From a virus, in the IMG/VR virus record IMGVR_UViG_3300042882_001508: 64,000 nt of DNA. One strand, written 5' to 3'. Under the pieces are notes generated by a model, which was not told the DNA's origin, searched no databases, and saw only the letters and a list, made by a program, of their open reading frames with translations. Position 1 is the first letter of the stretch, and the number at the start of each line of letters is the position of its first letter. Below are positions 57,712 through 64,000 of the stretch, one piece after another. Made by a program: the position numbers and the translations under genes.

Positions 57712-59132
57712 AAAAACTATTAAAAGAGTCTGGTTTAAGAGATATTTCGGCTTTGAGGAAAAGATACCCTAAAGCCGAAATTTATTTTCACCTTGACCTT
57801 GATGGTGTGACCACCGCAATTGCAATGAAAAAATACCTTGAGGACAATGGAATCAAGGTGGTTGGAGCACACACCATTCAATATGGGGACAAAGAATTTG
57901 CTGTTAAAAAGTTGGATGCTGAAGGTGATACAATGCCGGTACTTGTAGATTTCGCTCATGGTAAACCCATGTTCGTTATTCATACTGACCACCACGACAG
58001 ACAGGTAGGAGCTGAACCCGAGGCCTCTAAATCATTCAGACAAGCCCGTTCCAACGTAGAGACAATATCTCAAATAGTTTCTCCTAAAGAAATATTTCCA
58101 ACCGCAGATATCCTCCTAATAAGCACCGTTGACTCGGCTAACTTTTTGAAACATGAAATTACACCCGAGGACGTTGTGAATTATATTTTCAGATTGGATA
58201 AAGATAAGACCCTTCAGAAAAATAAAATGTTACTTGGGTTGGTTATCAACAAACTGATTTTAGCTTTCAAAAACCGAAAAGGTTTTATGGAGAGTTTGGT
58301 TATGGATTCAGAACCTTCCCTTATGTCCATTTTCAATAACATTAAGAAATGGATGAAAATGACAAGTGCTGAGGACTTTGCTACCCTTCAACAAAGGTCC
58401 GATGATTACTTGGAACAAATGAAAAAATATCCGAAGGTAAGAGTTGAAGACGGAATAATTTTTCAATACGGTGCAGGAAATATGAAGTCTGGTTCATATG
58501 ATAGATACACTCCTTTTAGAGTGAATCCAAATGCAGACTTTCTTATTCTAATGTGGCCGATGGGACTTTTACAAGTCTCTTGTAACCCTTTTAAAAAAGA
58601 CAGAAAGTTGAAAGGAGTTAATTTGGGAGAGATGGCTCAGGACGTTCTTAAACCTTTTGAAAGCCAACTCAAATCAAGAACAATCCCTCTTTCGACAATC
58701 AAATGGTTGAGTGAAATAAGTACAAAACCCGGTGATGTTGGATTTACATTCAAAGATTTCAATGCCCTTTTCGGTGGTAAAATTGCTTTCATTGATGGAG
58801 GTAACGAAATTTTAGATAGAATCAAACCGATGATGGACAAACCTTTTTCCGAACTCAAGGAAGAAGAAAAACAACTTTTGGATAAAATTGGAATTAACAT
58901 GTGGGATTTTATTCAATCAAATTCAGGGGGACACAAATGTATTACGAATATTTCAGGTCTAAATTTTCTTGGAAGAAAGACAAGACCATCAGAGGACCCA
59001 TACAGATATGACCCAGATAAGCCAGATGTTCCATATATCAAATTCATGAGACAACTTGGAACAAAATTTTTCAATATATTGAAAGATAAAATTCAAGAGG
59101 AACAACAAAAAGAAAAAGAAGTATCGAATTAA
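57708..59132 (+). CDS. DHH-DHHA1 family phosphoesterase (NrnA/RecJ-core-like)
   Basis: DHH motifs YFHLDLDGVTTA (DxD) and VIHTDHHD (DHH). The C-terminus has the DHHA1 motif SNSGGHK (GGGH-like). Confidence 0.55.
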   Translation: MKKLLKESGLRDISALRKRYPKAEIYFHLDLDGVTTAIAMKKYLEDNGIKVVGAHTIQYGDKEFAVKKLDAEGDTMPVLVDFAHGKPMFVIHTDHHDRQVGAEPEASKSFRQARSNVETISQIVSPKEIFPTADILLISTVDSANFLKHEITPEDVVNYIFRLDKDKTLQKNKMLLGLVINKLILAFKNRKGFMESLVMDSEPSLMSIFNNIKKWMKMTSAEDFATLQQRSDDYLEQMKKYPKVRVEDGIIFQYGAGNMKSGSYDRYTPFRVNPNADFLILMWPMGLLQVSCNPFKKDRKLKGVNLGEMAQDVLKPFESQLKSRTIPLSTIKWLSEISTKPGDVGFTFKDFNALFGGKIAFIDGGNEILDRIKPMMDKPFSELKEEEKQLLDKIGINMWDFIQSNSGGHKCITNISGLNFLGRKTRPSEDPYRYDPDKPDVPYIKFMRQLGTKFFNILKDKIQEEQQKEKEVSN

Positions 59133-59500
59133 AAATGATACTCAACCCAATCTCCGGGTTCTATTCCAACAGTTTCACAATAACCACCGGGTAACTCCAA
59201 AACAATATTTCCATTTCCACAATATGTTGGACATGGTGCTTCATCGCAAGGGGGACAATCGGAGTGAATATTAACAATTACATTATTTTTTATTATGATG
59301 ATGTCCAAGGGTATAATACAATTTTTCATCCAAAAACATTGTTTGTTACCACCCATCAAAAATAATAGGGCTTCGAAGTCTTTGTTGAAAGTTTTACCCA
59401 TCATCCCAATTGCTTGAGATTTTTTATCAGTTAAAACTTTTGTTTTGAAAATATTTTTGTTAATTTTGACAAACACAATAATAAATACAAATGGAATCAA
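59129..59500 (-). CDS. Hypothetical Cys-rich protein on the minus strand
   Basis: Minus-strand ORF containing HSDCPPCDEAPCPTYCGNG. Confidence 0.35.
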   Translation of the reverse strand: MIPFVFIIVFVKINKNIFKTKVLTDKKSQAIGMMGKTFNKDFEALLFLMGGNKQCFWMKNCIIPLDIIIIKNNVIVNIHSDCPPCDEAPCPTYCGNGNIVLELPGGYCETVGIEPGDWVEYHF

Positions 59501-59910
59501 AAAGGTACGCTGGCGTTTTAGTTAAATGTGGAGACGAAGTTCTCCTCTGCAAAAGAAATAATTTGGGTTCTTTTCCAGGTATGTGGTCAATACCAGGAGG
59601 AAAAATGGAAGAAGGAGAAAACTCTCAAGATAGTGCAAAGCGAGAGTTTGTAGAAGAAACTGCCGTGGACATTTCAGATAGAAACATAAAGTTCATCGGA
59701 CTTCTCCCAAGACACACAAGAGACGGAAAAAAAGTAAAAGGGATGATGTATGTTTACCAACTTGACACTGACCAACCAATTGAACCTGATTTTGCGGCTG
59801 CAAAGGACGGTGAAGAACACACCGAATGGAAATATTTCAAATTAGATGAAATTGATTTCAGACAGTGTGGCGAATTCATGTATAAACTTATTGAAATCGT
59901 ATTACAATGA
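59491..59910 (+). CDS. Nudix hydrolase
   Basis: Nudix box GGKMEEGENSQDSAKREFVEETAV (Gx5Ex7REUxEExGU). Confidence 0.7.
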   Translation: MESKRYAGVLVKCGDEVLLCKRNNLGSFPGMWSIPGGKMEEGENSQDSAKREFVEETAVDISDRNIKFIGLLPRHTRDGKKVKGMMYVYQLDTDQPIEPDFAAAKDGEEHTEWKYFKLDEIDFRQCGEFMYKLIEIVLQ

Positions 59911-60144
59911 AACTTTTATTGATATCCTTAACAATTATAATTGTCATTGGAGTTTTCGGTTGGTTCAAAATAAATCAACAAATCAAAAAAAATATTGATA
60001 GGTTAGGATGATTTTCCGAAACTTGGAGATATTTATATGTTCTTATCCGAAAGGATGAACATCCCCAACACGAGAACTGAAGAAACTGAGAAGTTTCGAT
60101 AAAATCGGTCCTCACGAGATGAATGAAGCAGTAATCTCGAAAAA

Positions 60145-60198
60145 AAGTCCCACAAAATTTGGAAGTATAATTTTCTCACCTTATTTTTGTGGGACTTT
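60145..60198. other. Long hairpin (12-13 bp stem, ~26 nt loop) at the start of the ORF-free region
   Basis: agtcccacaaaa ... ttttgtgggact are perfect inverted repeats. Confidence 0.5.
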
Positions 60199-60199
60199 A

Positions 60200-61370
60200 T
60201 TATCAAAGTAGTTCTTTAACATACTTCTACTCAAGGTTCAACCAGAGCATGACTTGGATGGTGACACGGGGACTTGGGTAGTTTTATAATACGGCGGGCG
60301 GAGGGCAAGGTGTCCTGTTGGTCTCATAAGCCAATTTAGCTCAGTTCGATTCTGAGGCGTCGCAACAAAAAAAGTTTTATAAAAATTTGACGAATTGAAA
60401 AGTTCTTCTTAATTTTGTAAGACAATTGAGGGAAAGGGGTTGTAAAGTTCCTTACCGAAGTCGGGGGTTGTAAAAATTTCCACTCTCCTTCAATACTTGA
60501 TAGTTCTTTGTTTTAAGATATTGGCCGCCTATGGTCATTAAATAAACTACGAAAGTAGTATAAAGTGGGACACCAGGTTTTAGTGTTCTGCGGTATCAAA
60601 GGGGTACTCGAGTAGGCAATCAGGATATGTTCTGACCTTTAGTACTGAGGGTAACACTGTAGGGAAAGTGGTTGGAATACGGGGCGATACGGGTCGTCTC
60701 GTTGAGGTCGGAAGACTAATAAGAATAATCTGAGGAATCTATGTGAGAAATTATGGCTTCCACCATAGTCATCACGTAATTCAATATGAAAGTTGACTTA
60801 AAACCGAAAGGTAAGTTGATGTACAGGTGGTGCTGTTATTAACCTTGAAACGTCTCTACCAAGAGCGTATCACTGAAGTTGACTTGAAGTATGGAGGTCG
60901 GGAGACTTCAGAGAGTAGTTTAGTATCGTGTCGTTCAAAAGGCGACACGGCTGGTGACAGACCGCTACTTTCCACATCCGTAAACCAACCCTTAATTGTT
61001 AATTCTGGTTTAACAACTTATAATTAAAATCAAGGAAAAGTGTCTGTCAGTCGTTGGAAACAGGTGACTACTTAGTCTTGAGATGTTCATGACCGCGTTG
61101 GGTCCCAAGCCCTTCACGATTTTCACGAAAGTTCTCTATTCCCGCAAGGAAGAATTGGGGTGGCAACCTCGAAGAGTGATGAGTAAGGAGAGAGTATTCA
61201 ACGATTTAAGGATTGGTTAATCTAATTGACCGTCACTGAGAGTTACTGTTCAAAAGACAGTGGAAACGGAGGGAATAAATAATCCTTCTAAAGATTCTCA
61301 ACAAAGCTTGTATTCTCAGAGTTTTTTGCCAAACCCTGACCGTTTCTACGGTTGGGGTTTTTTGTTTTCT
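60200..61370. ncRNA. Candidate large structured non-coding RNA or RNA-element cluster. Strand and class undetermined
   Basis: A ~1.4 kb stretch (59911..61394) has no credible ORF. It is visibly G+C- and purine-richer than flanking genes. A hand count of a few 60 nt lines gives mid-40s %GC versus roughly one third nearby. It contains a T-arm-like hairpin (ctcag-ttcgatt-ctgag at 60339..60355) and a hairpin plus T-run near 61346..61368. Confidence 0.3.
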
Positions 61371-61394
61371 GAAGTATTTATAAGAAAAAATACG

Positions 61395-62444
61395 ATGTAC
61401 ATAAAAAAACTTTCGCCTCAGGAGGCTTTGGAAACAATCAAATTGAGAATGAATTATGATTCATCAAAAACTTTGAACGAAAATAAGTTGATAGTCCTCG
61501 AACAAAAAGCCAATCTCACAACAAACCAACAAGCAGCATTAACTCAAGGTTTTGGTCCTGTGACAGCCAAAGCAGCTGACGATTTAGCTAAACAGGGAAA
61601 GTTGAAAACAAACACATTAAAATCTGTTTTTGGGGGCACTCAAACTCCTACCTCCGCGGTTGATACAAGTACCGCTAACAAACAAACCTCTGACACAGGA
61701 GTTGGAAAAGCTATACAACAAGGTGTTCAAGCGGCAAACCTCAAAATAGATGTATCTTGTATTGGATTCAACGGTGAAGAATATAAAGAAATCACAACAG
61801 CTTTAGTAAGCTCTGACGGCATTGGAAAACCGGTTCACGTTTGGAGATTTTGGCCTGACGGAAAAGCAATATATGTCGAAAGTGGGGATAAGTATAAGTA
61901 TACATACAAATGTAGTAAAACTAAACCTGGTGTTGTTGAAATAACAGATGTTGATTCTTCAGAAGTGGATGAATACAAATTATTTGATAAGAAAAATTCA
62001 CAAACAGTTGCCCCTAAAAAAGCTGTTCCAATTCCATCAGAATTGAAAGACATCGAGGGTGTAAAAAAATTCCAAGATTGGTTAGATAAAAACCATGAGG
62101 GTTGGCATGACAAATACAAAGTTTTGAATAGTAGTGTTCCTAAAGGTTATGGTAAATTTGGTCCGAGAACCAATAAATGGTGGAAACTTGAGGGTCCTGA
62201 ATTTATAGGTTCAGTTAAACCAACGACACAAGCTCCTGATACCACTAAGGCACAAACACAGACCTCCCCAAAAATTGATACAACACCACCAAAAGCTGAA
62301 ATACCTAAACCCGTAAAAGGCTTTCAAAAATTTGCTCAAACTCAATTCGGTGCAAATGGACCTCAAACCACTGCTCAATCGGCAACTGGTGGACCTGCTA
62401 CCCAAGAAACAAAAAGAGTTGCAAATCAAGATACTGAATTCTAA
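61395..62444 (+). CDS. Hypothetical protein. Start revised downstream of the track ORF start
   Basis: The track ORF begins at 61260, but a hairpin plus T-run (ccgtttctacgg-ttggggttttttg) lies inside its first 45 codons. The in-frame MYIKKLSPQ at 61395 follows that element. Confidence 0.4.
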   Translation: MYIKKLSPQEALETIKLRMNYDSSKTLNENKLIVLEQKANLTTNQQAALTQGFGPVTAKAADDLAKQGKLKTNTLKSVFGGTQTPTSAVDTSTANKQTSDTGVGKAIQQGVQAANLKIDVSCIGFNGEEYKEITTALVSSDGIGKPVHVWRFWPDGKAIYVESGDKYKYTYKCSKTKPGVVEITDVDSSEVDEYKLFDKKNSQTVAPKKAVPIPSELKDIEGVKKFQDWLDKNHEGWHDKYKVLNSSVPKGYGKFGPRTNKWWKLEGPEFIGSVKPTTQAPDTTKAQTQTSPKIDTTPPKAEIPKPVKGFQKFAQTQFGANGPQTTAQSATGGPATQETKRVANQDTEF

Positions 62445-62473
62445 ATTATTGATAGTCAATTTCTAATAATAAT

Positions 62474-62504
62474 TTTGTAGTCTCACAAAATTAACCTATC
62501 TTTG
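62474..62504 (+). promoter_or_regulatory. Bacteroidetes sigma-A-type promoter (-33 TTTG, 19 nt spacer, -7 TATCTTTG)
   Basis: TTTG at 62474..62477, a 19 nt spacer, TATCTTTG at 62497..62504, upstream of the ATG at 62524. Confidence 0.5.
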
Positions 62505-62523
62505 TGTTTCAAAAACACGGGAT

Positions 62524-63066
62524 ATGTTTGATAAACTTATTGACGTAATAGTAACTTTCATTAATGACATTCTACCTTGGAAAATCGTTGACCAGTGGGA
62601 ACAAGGAGTTCATCTTAGAACTGGAAAGTTTCTTAGAGTAGTTATTCCCGGTTTGAATTGGAAAATTCCCTTTTTCGACCAAATTTTAACTACACCTGTC
62701 ATTACTCAGACAGTAAACCTAAAACCTCAAACTGTAACATCTTTGGACGAGAGAAGTGTCGTTCTCTCAAGCATTGTTCGTTATCACATCGATGACGTTG
62801 AAAAATTTTTGTTGGGTGTAATGCACGCAAACGATGTTCTAATCGATACAACACAGGGAATTATCAGAGACGTAGTAGAGAGCTCAAACTGGAGCGACCT
62901 CTACGAACTTGGTAACACTGTTACACCTGCTGTTAATAATGAAGTGGAGAAGTGGGGTATTGTGGTGGAACAAATAAGTTTTCCTGACTTAGGGGAAATT
63001 GTGACTTATAGGATTATGGGAGACTCCTATAAAAATCCATCGGGAATTTTGCCATTAGTAGAGTAA
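62524..63066 (+). CDS. Hypothetical protein
   Basis: ORF preceded by a perfect TTTG-N19-TATCTTTG promoter. Confidence 0.45.
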   Translation: MFDKLIDVIVTFINDILPWKIVDQWEQGVHLRTGKFLRVVIPGLNWKIPFFDQILTTPVITQTVNLKPQTVTSLDERSVVLSSIVRYHIDDVEKFLLGVMHANDVLIDTTQGIIRDVVESSNWSDLYELGNTVTPAVNNEVEKWGIVVEQISFPDLGEIVTYRIMGDSYKNPSGILPLVE

Positions 63067-63082
63067 TCTGTATATTTGAACC

Positions 63083-63343
63083 ATGAACCAAACAATAAAA
63101 ATACAACACAAGACACTTGGTGTAATCACAGAAGAAACTTTTGTTGACCCAATTCAGTTTAAAATTTTCTTACAAACTGTACATGGATGTCTTACGTCAT
63201 CAAGTGATTTGGATTTTTTCAACGGTACAACCTTTCTCTTACACATTCCATATGAAGTATTGAAAGAAAGTGTTGTTACTACAAAGTTCGCACCTCAAAC
63301 ACTAACTGAAAAATTCATCACTAAATCTTTAATTGAATCATGA
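63083..63343 (+). CDS. Hypothetical protein
   Basis: ORF. Confidence 0.4.
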   Translation: MNQTIKIQHKTLGVITEETFVDPIQFKIFLQTVHGCLTSSSDLDFFNGTTFLLHIPYEVLKESVVTTKFAPQTLTEKFITKSLIES

Positions 63344-63633
63344 TTACAATAGAAAATATCAAGGATTGGTCCCGACCTCACAGCCGCTCTACAGAAGGCA
63401 GAAGAACAGTTATCGGGAATGATTTATTTGATTTCTCAATAGTTGGAGGTGCTAGCGGGCTTTATGGTGATTTCGAAAAAGACTTCGAGGTTGCCGTAAT
63501 CAATCGTAAAACCAAAGAGTTTATGACAAACTTCTTTTTTTCTGTGTCCGATGACGTAATTCCTTACATGGAAGGTCATGAGCTTGTAAAATCATTAAAT
63601 GAAATTCTCGGAGAAAATTTCCAAGTTAGATAA
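63340..63633 (+). CDS. Hypothetical protein
   Basis: ORF followed by a bidirectional terminator. Confidence 0.4.
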   Translation: MITIENIKDWSRPHSRSTEGRRTVIGNDLFDFSIVGGASGLYGDFEKDFEVAVINRKTKEFMTNFFFSVSDDVIPYMEGHELVKSLNEILGENFQVR

Positions 63634-63665
63634 ACTTGGTGGTGGAGGCGTAAACCAACGCCCTA

Positions 63666-63688
63666 AAGGGACTTCGGTCCCTTTTTTT
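63666..63688. terminator. Bidirectional intrinsic terminator with a UUCG-type tetraloop
   Basis: agggac-ttcg-gtccct followed by ttttttt. It lies between convergent genes. Confidence 0.6.
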
Positions 63689-63962
63689 ATTCCCACCAAA
63701 TATAAAAACCACAATTATCGTAAACGTAACTACCAGCCTTATCTTTTATACCGTCAATCAATTCGTCCAAATCCCCCCATTCTCCTATACCGACATCATC
63801 AATTATCTCTTGAATTGTTGCATAATACTGAACACCATCCTCGCTTACTGTTAATATTTTTGAATCACCCCATCTACCCTCTGAAATTATACCATTTTCA
63901 CTTTCGTTTTCATCATAGTATTTTGGGTTTATATGGATATTACAAAATTCACCCAAACTCAA
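63687..63962 (-). CDS. Hypothetical acidic protein on the minus strand
   Basis: Minus-strand ORF convergent with the upstream genes and sharing their terminator. Confidence 0.4.
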   Translation of the reverse strand: MSLGEFCNIHINPKYYDENESENGIISEGRWGDSKILTVSEDGVQYYATIQEIIDDVGIGEWGDLDELIDGIKDKAGSYVYDNCGFYIWWE

Positions 63963-64000
63963 ATCAACATTTATACCGTCTTTTCCTGATATCTTTTCAA

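Noticed and set aside
60300-60372. A possible tRNA gene, suggested by tagctcag and a TTCGATT T-loop-like hairpin.
   Set aside because: No cloverleaf could be completed. There is no 5' acceptor strand complementary to gcgtcgc, and the D-loop-like and T-loop-like elements are adjacent rather than ~45 nt apart. It is kept only as a T-arm-like hairpin within the ncRNA candidate.
60827-61027. The 66 aa ORF within the ORF-free structured region.
   Set aside because: It lies in compositionally atypical, GC-rich DNA, has no motif and is isolated. It is more likely a chance ORF inside an RNA element.

Overview
This 64 kb window looks like a contiguous, almost fully plus-strand stretch of a large, AT-rich, tailed-phage genome whose host is most likely a Bacteroidota (Flavobacteriia-like) bacterium. 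Host evidence: (i) a sigma-70 family sigma factor gene whose region 2 closely matches Bacteroidetes sigma A; (ii) three exact matches to the Bacteroidetes housekeeping promoter consensus TTTG-N19-TAnnTTTG placed so close to start codons that the mRNAs would be near-leaderless; (iii) SprB-type adhesin repeats inside a phage structural protein; (iv) an Hc1/histone-H1-like small DNA-binding protein typical of Bacteroidetes. Gene order, left to right: a minus-strand glycan-modification cluster (DxD glycosyltransferase, SAM methyltransferase, GT9-like transferase, sulfotransferase-like); then a 10 kb block of huge Thr/Pro-repeat 'beads-on-a-string' Cys-module proteins, one of which carries SprB repeats; a replication/recombination module (RuvC-like resolvase, primase, PD-(D/E)xK nuclease, SbcD/Mre11, SbcC/Rad50); the sigma factor and a probable lysis cassette; K/E-rich proteins; DnaJ; Dam-like methyltransferase; thioredoxin plus glutaredoxin; three tandem collagen-like tail-fibre genes, each ending in a peptidase-S74 intramolecular-chaperone domain; a minus-strand accessory cassette bounded by bidirectional terminators; a nucleotide-metabolism/modification block (GAMT-like methyltransferase, APS-kinase-like P-loop kinase, HNH endonuclease, archaeal-type NMNAT, beta-class DNA methyltransferase, DHH-DHHA1 phosphoesterase, Nudix); and a ~1.4 kb ORF-free, G+C-elevated region that is a candidate large structured RNA. 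The most interesting hypotheses: phage-glycosylated or sulfated mucin-like fibres; a distributed PAPS (sulfation) cycle; SprB-repeat mimicry of the host gliding adhesin; a triple collagen/S74 fibre set including one with regularly interrupted Gly-X-Y; and the unexplained structured non-coding region. Every functional call rests on motif recognition by eye. No database search was possible.
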